Positions 42,350 through 53,800 of a DNA stretch of 64,000 nucleotides are shown here, in pieces (the stretch's first letter is position 1; every line of letters begins with the position of its first letter). The stretch spans positions 2,048,001-2,112,000 of the forward strand of contig CAXXHB010000003.1 in the NCBI GenBank assembly GCA_963664815.2, written 5' to 3'. The DNA is from Spirochaetota bacterium. Its GTDB lineage: Bacteria; Spirochaetota; UBA4802; UBA5550. Under the pieces are notes generated by a model. It saw nothing but the letters and a program-made list of their open reading frames with translations. It was not told the origin of the DNA and searched no databases. A program made the translations under genes and the position numbers.

Positions 42350-43270
42350 TTACTTAATTCTGGTGATATTGGGATCATCTGGAATAGATATATTACTAGC
42401 ATCAATACCTTTAACAGCCGCAACACTGTTGATTAAGCCTGGAAAATTCTGTACTCCGTAAGTACCCCAGTCAACATCAACTCTTCTATTTTTCTTAGCA
42501 TCTTTATAAATTGCTGCAACATCTTCAGGCGATAATGTAATACCCATAGCATCGGCTGCACCATATACTGTTGAAAGAAATACGCATGCTCCAGAATGTT
42601 CAGGTAATCCAGCTGCTTTTAGTGCATCCATACTCGTCTGATCAATAACCTTTGGATTTTCTGTATTTTCAATCGGATCTCCAATCCAGTCAGCATCTCT
42701 CATAATTTCATTTGTTTCTTCTGTGGGAGTTCCTCTTCTAGCCAATTCATCTGCTTTCTCTTTCGCTGCCTCGTTACCTTCAGCAAGTTTCTGATCTGCC
42801 AAGTCCTGAATTGATTTATCAGTACTATTCACATTCTGTGGATTCTCAGCACTTTCCTTTTCTTCCTTCGCTTTGGTTTCATCAAACTTTACTTCTTCAT
42901 CGGTATTGAACCAGTTGTCATCAATCCAGGTACCCGCATTATCTATTGCTGTCTTTGCTTCCTGTTCTATCTTATCTGCTGTTTTATCTGCTTCAGTTAA
43001 TCCATCTTTCAATGCACCCACTGTATCATATATAGTCTTTTCCCTGTCTTTTATCAGTGCTACTGTCGCGGTATCTACCGTAACTCCGCCTTTCAGTCCT
43101 CCGCTGTATGTATTGTATTGTGATATTGTTACGTCTCTGTTCAGTCCCTCTGCCGATGTTTCCGGTTTGGTTATTGTTATTGTTCCTGCTCCTATTGTGG
43201 CCAGGTTTGTCTGTCTGTTGTCTGTGTATCCGTAGTTTATAGGCGTGACACTGACGATCTTGAATATCAT
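42350..43270 (-). CDS. orphan CdiA-CT cassette (anchor 1), possible Cys-peptidase tip, probably truncated
   Basis: Anchor-1 N-terminus; tip contains SGACVFLS; a leftover tail lies in another frame at about 42268-42348. Confidence 0.7.
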   Translation of the reverse strand: MIFKIVSVTPINYGYTDNRQTNLATIGAGTITITKPETSAEGLNRDVTISQYNTYSGGLKGGVTVDTATVALIKDREKTIYDTVGALKDGLTEADKTADKIEQEAKTAIDNAGTWIDDNWFNTDEEVKFDETKAKEEKESAENPQNVNSTDKSIQDLADQKLAEGNEAAKEKADELARRGTPTEETNEIMRDADWIGDPIENTENPKVIDQTSMDALKAAGLPEHSGACVFLSTVYGAADAMGITLSPEDVAAIYKDAKKNRRVDVDWGTYGVQNFPGLINSVAAVKGIDASNISIPDDPNITRIK

Positions 43271-43500
43271 TTGGCGTAATGTTTTACGCCCCTAAATGTT
43301 GTTAATATTTTTTATTATATAATAAATGATTATTTCACATTCGTCAGGTCCGGGCTTTCCGCTTGTATAAAACGGCCAATCTGTTGATTTCTATTTACTC
43401 TTTATTGATTGCCGTTTTATATCGCTGCAATCCCTCACGCGGTGTGCTTTTATATTGTTGGTTTTCAAGGAGCTGAAGTTATTAGTGGATAAATCAAAAA
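43235..43500 (-). repeat. spacer A copy
   Basis: Near-identical to the other copies. Confidence 0.9.
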
Positions 43501-43740
43501 ATAAAAAACAGAGTATTCGAAAATTCTTTCATTTGCACTCCCTAACTTCAACGATTAAAAAGAAATTATAACTCGCAAGTTTCTCTATCTTTTAATTGTC
43601 AACAAAGCTTGTTTGATACAGTTTTCTTTGCAAATAGCCTTGAATTTTTCTATCATAATCCTAACCAATATTTATTTAAAAACAGTTGTCAATTAATCGA
43701 TTTAAAACGATTTTATTAGAATCACACTAAATAATAAATA

Positions 43741-44280
43741 TTATTCACATTCTTCTATTGGTATAAATTTATATAATTCTTTTACTATCGATTTATCTAT
43801 CTTATATGTTCCAATTTTAATACTTGGTGAATTTCTACTATGTTCAATTATTTTTAAAGCTACACAATCATAGTCATATAAATCAATCTGCAAACCATAA
43901 AATAAGGAATCATTATTATCTGTTATGCATCCAAATATAGTTACATTATCTTGACTGATAGATTTTTGTCCTTTGTGAAATTCACAACTAATTTTTTTTT
44001 TATTTATTGATGAAATATATTCATCAGTTAATAAATTAATGTTTGAATTTATACATAAAAATCTTTTTATTTTTTCAATGAATTCAATTTGATTTTTTAA
44101 ATTTGATAAATATTTTTTATCAATATCTACTTCATTTGAATATATTATCATAACATAACCAAGCTTTACTTCTTGTTTATTACTTTTTATTACATTTGAG
44201 GTATTGCAAAAACACAATAATAAAATAAATATTGTTGATTTACAAATAATATTTATTTTATTATTTCTCACTGGGTTCAT
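43741..44280 (-). CDS. putative lipoprotein immunity protein
   Basis: Overlaps the toxin stop; hydrophobic segment ending LCFC. Confidence 0.65.
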   Translation of the reverse strand: MNPVRNNKINIICKSTIFILLLCFCNTSNVIKSNKQEVKLGYVMIIYSNEVDIDKKYLSNLKNQIEFIEKIKRFLCINSNINLLTDEYISSINKKKISCEFHKGQKSISQDNVTIFGCITDNNDSLFYGLQIDLYDYDCVALKIIEHSRNSPSIKIGTYKIDKSIVKELYKFIPIEECE

Positions 44281-45505
44281 ATCCTGATATAGTGTGATTT
44301 ACGTCACTTTGTCTTAATGGTAGTTTTAATTCTGAGCGAATTCTGTTTTCATTTTCTATTGCATTTCCCATACCATAATCTACGATTTGTGGAATTGCAT
44401 GTCCCACTAATTCATGCATTAAAGTATCAGCCATATCAACTGATAAAATATTATTATTCTTATCTTTAATTTTATTTGCAATATTATCTGGCATTTTTTC
44501 GGATGATACGATAACTGCGCTTAATTGTTCTGGTATTACTTCAGTTGTAACACCACCACCATACCAATCCATAACATTTCTTTCTGTATAAACAATTGAT
44601 CCATCAACTTTTCTTCTATAACCGCTATCCACCTTTTTTTCATCATTAATATCTAAAGTAATTTCACCTTCGCTTGCTATCGCTTCATTCAATTTTTTAC
44701 TATATTCTGAAGAACCTTCATCGCCTAACAATCTAGCGAAAAATCCTTTTTCTTGACTTATCTGCTTTAATTCGTTATTCTCATCAAATTTATATTCTCC
44801 CAGAGTATATTTATTAATATAATTTTCCAATTTAGTATTATTCTCTTTATTTCTTGAAATTATTCTCGGCACAACTCCATTCCCTTCAGTGGTATCCAAT
44901 TTATTTGCTTTCTTTGTACCAGCACTTAAATAATCCGCATTTGAATCATTCCAGCTGTTGATTTTAAAATCTGGTGACGATGTAGTTGAATCTGTTGAAG
45001 CTGTTTCTGAAAACCTGTTCCATAAATTTCCTGCCTGTTCTCCACGTGAAGATGCAAGTATTAGCTGCTGTCCTGCATCAAGGTCCAGCCCATTAGTGGT
45101 GTTATCCTTCCTCTGGGCTTCCCAGAAGAGTGATGTAATAATATCTCCACCCTTTGATATATCTGTTCCTTCGGTATTCAGATATGTTTCATTATTATTC
45201 TGGTCATATGCTGCTGCATATCCATTCATCGCGTTATCTGTTTTATCACCCTGATACAGGTTTACATGAGATATTTTATCATCCTTAACTCCATCGCTGC
45301 TCTGAACAGTTTCAGAAACCTTATTAACCGCTTCTCCCAATGATGCCGCATCTTTATCAAGTGCATTATCGAGTTTTTCAGCTAAAGCCTTGTTCTCTGC
45401 CAGGGCTGCTATTGTTAATACATCCTTACGGGCATTAATTACAGCCTCGAGTGTACCCGCGAATCCAAGACCTTCTTTAGCTTTGGCAGTTTCTGTTGCC
45501 TCTTC
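44261..45505 (-). CDS. orphan cassette (anchor 2) with M91-like zinc metallopeptidase tip
   Basis: TLMHELVGHA...NAIENENRIRSELKLPLR; frame stays open up to the spacer-B junction at 45505. Confidence 0.75.
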   Translation of the reverse strand, partial: EEATETAKAKEGLGFAGTLEAVINARKDVLTIAALAENKALAEKLDNALDKDAASLGEAVNKVSETVQSSDGVKDDKISHVNLYQGDKTDNAMNGYAAAYDQNNNETYLNTEGTDISKGGDIITSLFWEAQRKDNTTNGLDLDAGQQLILASSRGEQAGNLWNRFSETASTDSTTSSPDFKINSWNDSNADYLSAGTKKANKLDTTEGNGVVPRIISRNKENNTKLENYINKYTLGEYKFDENNELKQISQEKGFFARLLGDEGSSEYSKKLNEAIASEGEITLDINDEKKVDSGYRRKVDGSIVYTERNVMDWYGGGVTTEVIPEQLSAVIVSSEKMPDNIANKIKDKNNNILSVDMADTLMHELVGHAIPQIVDYGMGNAIENENRIRSELKLPLRQSDVNHTISGYEPSEK

Positions 45506-45740
45506 AACATCTGCCCGTATACAATCCTGAGAAAACGGTTTTTCCGGTATATAACAGAAAAAAAATTACTTTCAAAGATCAATAATTAACTGATTAGTGT
45601 TATAGAACACAAAATTATAATGTCAATATAACATTTGCTATAACCATAACAGCCATTACTCAAACAGTGTCGAATGAAGGTACTTTTTGTAAACTTAACA
45701 ACTATACCAACCAATAACTCCCAGTTATTGATCTACGGTT

Positions 45741-46358
45741 TTAAATCTTTATTTTAAAAAATGGTGTAAAAAAAACTTTACCTTCTTTTCTTTTTAATAA
45801 TGCCGATTTCTCTATAATATGTATTTTGCCTTTAATTGACAAAGTAAGTTTGATATGAAAATTTACTGTTTTCAAATCAGATGTATCTTCGTATAGATAC
45901 ATTATATAATAAAATAATGGGCTATTGCTCAAAGACGGTTTACTATCAACATATTTTTTTTCGTTATTAAAAGAAATGACCGATTCTGATGGAACTACAT
46001 CTGGTTTTACAATAATGCTTTTAAATGGGAAGATTGTATTATTTTCACCTCTTAATTCGACATGACAATCTATAATTTTACTTATAGGTTCATTTTTATT
46101 ACTATTTGGTCCTTTGATTTCAATATATGTTTGTTCATAGCTAATCATTTCTTTAGTAACAGAATGTCCATGAATATCGGGATATGATGGGTATGTCCCG
46201 ATATATTTGATACTAACTTTACAACCATCTTCATTAAACAATTCAATATAACTTTTGTTATTCTCGTCAACATAATCTAAAACTGAGTAAATACATGTAC
46301 AACCTGAAAATAAAAGAAGTGATAGTATTATTGCATATAATAATTTAATCCATTTCAT
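45741..46358 (-). CDS. orphan lipoprotein, putative immunity
   Basis: Lipobox FSGC; preceded by a short toxin-tail remnant ending ..AAKVENKL* that overlaps its ATG. Confidence 0.7.
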   Translation of the reverse strand: MKWIKLLYAIILSLLLFSGCTCIYSVLDYVDENNKSYIELFNEDGCKVSIKYIGTYPSYPDIHGHSVTKEMISYEQTYIEIKGPNSNKNEPISKIIDCHVELRGENNTIFPFKSIIVKPDVVPSESVISFNNEKKYVDSKPSLSNSPLFYYIMYLYEDTSDLKTVNFHIKLTLSIKGKIHIIEKSALLKRKEGKVFFTPFFKIKI

Positions 46359-46640
46359 AATTTGTTCTCCACTTTTGCAGCTTCTTTCTTACTACCAATC
46401 AATGTTCCATGCGACAACTATCTTGGCACATAGGGTTTTCATTTAACTATTTATTGATTGCCGTTTTATATCGCTGCAATCCCTCACGCGGTGTGCTTTT
46501 ATATTGTTGGTTTTCAAGGAACTTTTTCATTTACACGATATGTGACGTAGAAAGGAACTACAAGTCTACATTATCAGAAATTTATAATTCTTAAAATAAA
46601 ATCGATTTACATTCCATGGTTTCGTTATTCGTTAGTTGAA

Positions 46641-47048
46641 TTATAATTTATCAATTTCCATTTCAGAAAAAAATAAATGAAATGGAACTTTTTCTTTAGA
46701 CCAATAATCTACAACAGTTAACCAACTTTCTATTAATTTACCAGCTGTCATCGGACATCTTTGCCATATTTTTTTTGAATTAAGTATAACTAATATCAAT
46801 CCCTCTTTTAATTCAAGCCAGTCAAGATCTCGTAGGCATTCATCCAATGCATCCCAATTTTTCCCAAAATAATCAGGAAATTTCATTACATTTGCAATTG
46901 AATTAAATAGATCTTTATCATTTTCTATAGAATTATTATCAATTATTAAAATATTAAAATTATTATAATTCTCTTTTAAATAATTATTTATATTATCAGT
47001 TGTAAAATGAATACAGTCATACAAATATTTTTCTAATTTATTTATCAT
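46641..47048 (-). CDS. barstar-family immunity protein
   Basis: FPDYFGKNWDALDECLRDL. Confidence 0.92.
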   Translation of the reverse strand: MINKLEKYLYDCIHFTTDNINNYLKENYNNFNILIIDNNSIENDKDLFNSIANVMKFPDYFGKNWDALDECLRDLDWLELKEGLILVILNSKKIWQRCPMTAGKLIESWLTVVDYWSKEKVPFHLFFSEMEIDKL

Positions 47049-47050
47049 TT

Positions 47051-49822
47051 TTATTTTTTCTTTGGATTTATTTGTATAAAATTTTCATAGTGGTCATCAG
47101 TATAATATGTATTACCACTATTTTGATCTACTAAAATTCTACGAGTTCCTCTATTAGATGCGCCTGGTGTATTAACTGTATATTCTCTATAATCACCATC
47201 AGCTGGTAATTTTTTTTTGTCATTTCTAAAAAGAGTTCCATCTTTTTTATAACAAAAGTTATCTCCTTGCTCAATTCTATCAAGAGTTTTATTAATTTCA
47301 GTCAAGCGATCTGAATCTTTAAATGGAAGATTTCTTTCCACAAGGTTAGCAGCATCTTCCGTTTCATTAACAATTTGTTTTTCTACCTTTCCAAAAACAT
47401 TTCCTGCAGCTTCAGAAAGCCCTACGTCAGCAACACTTATATGTTCAGGTATATTGTCTGCTGCTTCCTTAAACACTACACCTAAAGCTAAATTGAATGC
47501 CTGCTTCAACGTACTATCAGAATTTCCAGCGTCTGCAATTGATTCAATCGAGTTTTCAGTTAATTTGTCTTTAACTATACGTAATAGTTTTGCATCAGGA
47601 GAATTGGAATCAGTATTATCAATCCCCATTGTATTAACTGTTCCAGAAAGATTGACAACATTATTTGCTATCTCATTTCCCTGCTGTATCTCCGCATCTC
47701 TTAAACTTGAATTTACCGCCAGCTGCTTAGCATAAGCTATCTCCGCCCTTTCCTCCGCAAACCTAACTTTAATTGCATATGCCGCATCAGGATCAAGCTT
47801 TTCAAGCAGCGCTATCTTGGCATTTATTACCAGTGCACCATCTTTTGTATATGTGTCAAGAATATCCTGCTTCAGATTATTTGCTACTTCTTTGGTTCTT
47901 TCTTTAATTGCATTCTTTTTATCGCACTGTTCTTCATCTGTCAATGGTTCTCCGACAGCTTTTTTTAACTCATAATAATCAAGCTTCTCCTGCGCACTTA
48001 CAGGTTTCCCGTTTTCAACCTTCTTCTCGTATTCATCCATTGTCTGGTATGATGATACATTTTTATTTTCTGTATAGTGGTCAAATTTTAACAGGTTCTC
48101 AGTCTTCTCTATTGTTGTTTCAATTTCCTTATCTATCTTATCTGCTGTTTTATCTGCTTCTTTTAATCCATCTTTCAATGCATCCACTGTATTATTTAAA
48201 GTCTTTTCCCTGTCGTTTATCAGTTCTACTGTCGCCGTATCTACCGTAACTCCGCCTTTCAGTCCTCCGCTGTATGTATTGTATTGTGATATTGTTACAT
48301 CTCTGTTAAGTCCCTCTTCCGATGTTTCCGGTTTGGTTATTGTTATTGTTCCTGCTCCTATTGTTGCCAGGTTTGTCTGTCTGTTGTCTGTGTAGCCGTA
48401 GTTTAAGCTTGAACTGTACGTATTTTCTGTTGGTTTGAAGCTGCCGCCTGCGCTTCCACCTGCATTGAAAGATACGTCCTTGTCCTTTATGTTGCTGAAC
48501 TCGAGGCTTCCGGTTGTAAGTGTCAGGTTATCTGTTGTTGATGCTATTACTGCACCTTTAAGGGTTGTCTTGTCTTCAACGTCTACGTTTACTGTCCCGC
48601 CGGTTAGGGATGTCTGTTCTGTTACCCAGCTTTTCTTCCCCGTGGAGAAGTTTGCGTTTACTCCGGCATTTCCCGATACGTTTTCGCCTGTTACACTTAC
48701 TCCACCGCTTGCGCCTATGGTCTGCGAGCTGTTTTTGCTCTTATCCTGCAGTGATTGTACCACAAGGGAGCCGTTTACATCAAGGTCAAGTTCGTTTTTC
48801 GCCTTTACCACTCCGCCGATTACGGTTGTGTCTTCGCTGCTCTTTATTTTTATGTTGTTTCCGCTTAAATGTGCGTTGGTATATGTTTTGCTTTCGCTAT
48901 CTGTCTCCGTGCTGTCTGCTGATGCATTAACTCCAATTGCTCCCGATGTTCCGAAACTTACCTTCATGTTGGCATGTTTCTTATCTTCGCTGCTGCTCTC
49001 TCTGTTCTCCGCCGCGCTTATCTCCACATTCTCTGCGTCAAGGGTTATATCCTCACCGGCTGCCACGCTGCTCCCCTTTACCTCCGCTTTGCTCCCCGCT
49101 GTTACGGTAAAGCTCCCTCCGGTTTTTATTGTCGATGCCTTTGCAGTTGTGCTTTCCGATGTCGATTTTGTTTTTGTGGCGTCTATTTCAAACTGGGCAT
49201 CTCCGCTGAAGCCGAATGTCTCTGCAGATCCCGCCGCCCCCGCTGCGCTTTGCAGCAGTGCCGCTGTCTTTGCTACCACGTTCTCCCCGCAGAGCGCTAT
49301 ATTCGCAATGTAAAAGGCCTCCTGCTCTCTTATTGAATCCAGATCATCCTGGTCTATAAGGTTGTTTTTATGGTCATCTTCCGCTTTCTTCAGGCTCTCC
49401 CTGTATTTCTCATAATCATTCTTTGCCTTTACAACTGCTTCCTTTGCCTCTACCAATGCCTTTGTTGCGTATGCCACATCAGTTGCGGCATTCTTTCCAC
49501 CCACTGAAAATTCCACGCTTCCGTGAGTCTCTTCTGCTGTATGGCTTGTCTTCTCTTCTGTTGTCTTTATACTTACGTTTTCTGCCGCCGTAAGGGTTAC
49601 ATCTCCACCGGCATTTATCTCAGATCCAGCTACTGTTATATTCTTTCCGCTGTTTACCGTAAGGTCTTCCGATACATTAAGTTTGGATGAGCTCTGTGTC
49701 TCCCTGTCTGTCCTCTCCTTTACACTGTCGTAGCTCCCCCCTGCAAGCGTTACAGAAGCTCTCCCCTGGTCATAGTCAAAGGCGTTTTTGGGGTTGGTAA
49801 ACAGGTCCATGTTTATCCCCAT
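47051..49822 (-). CDS. large orphan CdiA fragment with RNase Sa/barnase-like tip
   Basis: About 600 aa near-identical to the full-length gene; tip DGTLFRN..LP..YREYTV..RGTRRI..YYTDDHY. Confidence 0.9.
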   Translation of the reverse strand: MGINMDLFTNPKNAFDYDQGRASVTLAGGSYDSVKERTDRETQSSSKLNVSEDLTVNSGKNITVAGSEINAGGDVTLTAAENVSIKTTEEKTSHTAEETHGSVEFSVGGKNAATDVAYATKALVEAKEAVVKAKNDYEKYRESLKKAEDDHKNNLIDQDDLDSIREQEAFYIANIALCGENVVAKTAALLQSAAGAAGSAETFGFSGDAQFEIDATKTKSTSESTTAKASTIKTGGSFTVTAGSKAEVKGSSVAAGEDITLDAENVEISAAENRESSSEDKKHANMKVSFGTSGAIGVNASADSTETDSESKTYTNAHLSGNNIKIKSSEDTTVIGGVVKAKNELDLDVNGSLVVQSLQDKSKNSSQTIGASGGVSVTGENVSGNAGVNANFSTGKKSWVTEQTSLTGGTVNVDVEDKTTLKGAVIASTTDNLTLTTGSLEFSNIKDKDVSFNAGGSAGGSFKPTENTYSSSLNYGYTDNRQTNLATIGAGTITITKPETSEEGLNRDVTISQYNTYSGGLKGGVTVDTATVELINDREKTLNNTVDALKDGLKEADKTADKIDKEIETTIEKTENLLKFDHYTENKNVSSYQTMDEYEKKVENGKPVSAQEKLDYYELKKAVGEPLTDEEQCDKKNAIKERTKEVANNLKQDILDTYTKDGALVINAKIALLEKLDPDAAYAIKVRFAEERAEIAYAKQLAVNSSLRDAEIQQGNEIANNVVNLSGTVNTMGIDNTDSNSPDAKLLRIVKDKLTENSIESIADAGNSDSTLKQAFNLALGVVFKEAADNIPEHISVADVGLSEAAGNVFGKVEKQIVNETEDAANLVERNLPFKDSDRLTEINKTLDRIEQGDNFCYKKDGTLFRNDKKKLPADGDYREYTVNTPGASNRGTRRILVDQNSGNTYYTDDHYENFIQINPKKK

Positions 49823-49850
49823 TGTGGTCTTTTCATGGATGCTGTATTCT

Positions 49851-49932
49851 ATTATGGGCGTGACACTGACGATTTAAATTGTCATGGGCGTAATGTTTTA
49901 CGCCCATACATGTTGTTAATATTTTTTATTAT
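49851..49932 (-). repeat. partial spacer A (REP doublet only)
   Basis: GGGCGTGACAC...GGGCGTAATGTTTTACGCCCATAC joined to a different point of the toxin gene. Confidence 0.85.
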
Positions 49933-50241
49933 ACATCAATATTTTTCCTGCAACACGGAGAAATTAAAAACTATATCCATTATCTTGAAAAAATGAAGTC
50001 ATTCTATAAAAAATTCACTTGCTTTAGTAGTATAATTATATTTCATTATTAAACCAAAATGTATTTTTCTTCCTTTTGCTTTTTCATATTTATAAAATAA
50101 TTCATTACTTTCTATATTGCTTAAATATTAATTCATCCTCCTAATCATGATCATCTAATATTGACAAAACAAGTTCTTCTGTTTTCTTACCAAGACCAAT
50201 TAAATCAATAACATCTTTTTTTAATAGCCATATTATTTTTT

Positions 50242-50844
50242 TCAATCAGTATTATATTTTCTCTGTTTAATCAATGGATCAATATATTTATTAATAATTG
50301 GAATCAGATGTAAATTTCTTAACACTACAACACCTTCACTACACCCTTTAGAAATTTCCTTTTCATCACAATCTGGATTTTTTAAAATTACTAATTGCCC
50401 ACAATCATTTAACGGATTATTTCCGAAATAATTATGTCCGTCAACAGTTAATTGCTTTTTGCATTTATCATTATATTGGATGTCTTTATAATAACGTATT
50501 CTATAATTTTTCCCTTCATACCTGAAATTTAATAAATATCTATCCCCATAACCACCAATGAAAGAAGTTTCTCCATAATTTATCTTTAATGCATCACAAA
50601 TTTCCTTTATTATTTTTTTATCTTTTAAATTGGCATTTTTAGCCGTTTTACCCCAATTGTATATAACATTTATTTCATCTATTTTATTACTATCTGCCAT
50701 TAAAAATACAAATTCACTTTCAGCAATTCGAATTTCCTCTTTTGAATGTAATTTATAAAGATGGACAAATAATGCAATGACAGCACCACCAACTCCTATT
50801 AAACCGAATATAGTTGAAGTTTTAATTTTTAATTTCATATTCAT
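50242..50844 (-). CDS. cognate immunity protein of the full-length toxin (putative)
   Basis: Starts 3 bp after the toxin stop; N-terminal TM anchor. Confidence 0.7.
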   Translation of the reverse strand: MNMKLKIKTSTIFGLIGVGGAVIALFVHLYKLHSKEEIRIAESEFVFLMADSNKIDEINVIYNWGKTAKNANLKDKKIIKEICDALKINYGETSFIGGYGDRYLLNFRYEGKNYRIRYYKDIQYNDKCKKQLTVDGHNYFGNNPLNDCGQLVILKNPDCDEKEISKGCSEGVVVLRNLHLIPIINKYIDPLIKQRKYNTD

Positions 50845-50847
50845 ATA

Positions 50848-53800
50848 TTATTCGGATAAATATCCCTTAGTATTTCCGATATTTCGTGTATAAGTAGGAT
50901 AATATCCTCCTGATGACCAACCCAGGCCAGTACCGAAATCAACGCCTATAGTTTTTCCTGAATATGATCTTTCGTAATTAACTGAAGCTGAAGTGCCTGG
51001 AATAGATAAGGTATAATTATTAGAAAATTGAAGCATATCATCATATGCATTATTCATATTTTCAATTTTTTCGCCCTGTGTTGTTTTCATTGTCTCATAA
51101 ACACCTGCAGATTGCACATATGCAACTGGATAATCAGTAGTTTTATCAGAAATTAAGTCTTGATTACCAACAACAGCAGTAGCATTATATGTAGCATAAC
51201 CCATACTATCAACAGAATTAAGTGCATCATGAATAAGGTTTCCTACTAATGGCCCAACAACTGGCATTGTTACTGTATAAGATAAACCTATCACTTGTTT
51301 TATTAATGAATCTTGGCTATTATCGACCTGCAACATAACTCCTCCTTCAATTCCTCCACTCAAAGCCATTCCTGGTCTTCCATATGTTGCATTAGCACCA
51401 ATTCCATATGTTTTATAAACTATTGATTTTTGATTATCTTCTTCTTGCTGTTCAACTATTTCTCTAATATTTGTAAGTGTTTGCATTGACTGGTTATAAA
51501 TTTCATCAGAACTATCTTTCGCCTGAGCTAAATTATTCGCCGCCCTCTCCTTCGCGAACTTAACCTCAATCGCATGTGCCGCATCAGGGTCAATCTCTTT
51601 AAGCAGCGCTATCTTGGCATTTATTACAACCGCAGTATCTTTCGTATATGTATCAAGAATATCCTTTGACAGACTATTTGATAGCTCCTGCTTTACAGTT
51701 TTGTAAGCATTCAGCATATCCATCTGCTCATCGGGGCTCAGTGCTTCTCCGACAAGGTTTTTTGATCCGTAATATGCAAGTGTCTCTGATGCACTTACAG
51801 GTTTCCCGTTTTCAACCTTCTTCTCGTATTCATCCATTGTCTGGAATGATGATACATTTTTATCTTCTGTATAGTGGTCAAATTTTAACAGGTTCTCAGT
51901 CTTCTCAATTGTTGTTTCAATTTCCTTATCTACCTTCTTCGCTGTTTTCTCTGCTTCAGTTAATCCACTTTCCAATGCACCCACTGTATCATATATAGTC
52001 TTTTCCCTGTCTTTTATCAGTTCTACTGTTGCGGTATCTACCGTAACTCCGCCTTTCAGTCCTCCGCTGTATGTATTGTATTGTGATATTGTTACATCTC
52101 TGTTAAGTCCCTCTGCCGATGTTTCCGGTTTGGTTATTGTTATTGTTCCTGCTCCTATTGTGGCCAGGTTTGTCTGTCTGTTGTCTGTGTAGCCGTAGTT
52201 TAAGCTTGAACTGTACGTATTTTCTGTTGGTTTGAAGCTGCCGCTTGCGCTTCCACCTGCATTGAAAGATACGTCCTTGTCCTTTATGTTGCTGAACTCA
52301 AGGCTTCCGGTTGTAAGTGTCAGGTTATCTGTTGTTGATGCTATTACTGCCCCTCTTAGGGTTGTCTTGTCTTCAACGTCTACGTTTACTGTCCCGCCGG
52401 TTAGGGATGTCTGTTCTGTTACCCAGCTTTTCTTCCCCGTGGAGAAGTTTGCGTTTACTCCGGCATTTCCCGATACGTTTTCGCCTGTTACACTTACTCC
52501 CCCGCTTGCGCCTATGGTCTGCGAGCTGTTTTTACTTTTATCCTGCAGTGATTGTACCACAAGGGAACCATTTACATCAAGGTCAAGCTCGTTTTTCGCC
52601 TTTACCACTCCGCCGATTACTGTTGTGTCTTCGCTGCTCTTTATTTTTATGTTGTTTCCGCTTAAATGTGCGTTGGTATATGTTTTGCTTTCGCTATCTG
52701 TCTCCGTGCTGTCTGCTGATGCATTAACTCCAATTGCTCCCGATGTTCCGAAACTTACCTTCATGTTGGCATGTTTCTTATCTTCGCTGCTGCTCTCTCT
52801 GTTCTCCGCCGCGCTTATCTCCACATTCTCTGCGTCAAGGGTTATATCCTCACCGGCTGCCACGCTGCTCCCCTTTACCTCCGCTTTGCTCCCCGCTGTT
52901 ACAGTAAAGCTCCCTCCGGTTTTTATTGTCGATGCCTTTGCAGTTGTGCTTTCCGATGTCGATTTTGTTTTTGTGGCGTCTATTTCAAACTGGGCATCTC
53001 CGCTGAAGCCGAATGTCCCTGCAGATCCCGCCGCCCCCGCTGCGCTTTGCAGCAGCGCTGCTGTCTTTGCAACCACGTTCTCCCCGCAGAGCGCTATATT
53101 CGCAATGTAAAAGGCCTCCTGCTCTCTTATCGAATCCAGATCATCCTGGTCTATAAGGTTGTTTTTATGGTCATCTTCCGCTTTCTTCAGGCTCTCCCTG
53201 TATTTCTCATAATCATTCTTTGCCTTTACAACTGCTTCCTTTGCCTCTACCAGAGCCTTTGTTGCGTATGCCACATCCGTTGCGGCATTCTTGCCCCCAA
53301 ACGAAAATTCCACGCTTCCGTGAGTCTCTTCTGCTGTATGGCTTGTCTTCTCTTCTGTTGTCTTTATACTTACGTTTTCTGCCGCCGTAAGGGTTACATC
53401 TCCACCGGTATTTATCTCAGATCCAGCTACTGTTATATTCTTTCCGCTGTTTACCGTAAGGTCTTCCGATACATTAAGTTTTGATGAGCTCTGTGTCTCC
53501 CTGTCTGTCCTCTCCTTTACACTGTCGTAGCTCCCCCCTGCAAGCGTTACTGACGCTCTCCCCTGGTCATAGTCAAAGGCGTTTTTGGGGTTGGTAAACA
53601 GGTCCATGTTTATCCCCATTGTGGTCTTTTCATGGATGCTGTATTCGTAGCTTGTCTCTTTTGCGCTTGTTTCTGTAAAACTGCCGGTTGTGTCAAATTC
53701 CGCAATGCCGGCGTTTATGGCGCTCCCCTCCATCAGAAAATCGCCGCCTGTGGATGCTTTAAGTTTTCCGGCAGTTATTGCAGATCCCGCGGCTGTTGTT

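Noticed and set aside
45650-45730. Further attC-like site (CCATAAC...GTTATTG) in the 45506 spacer-B copy
   Set aside because: The outer cores are present at the expected place but inner-box complementarity is too weak to call.
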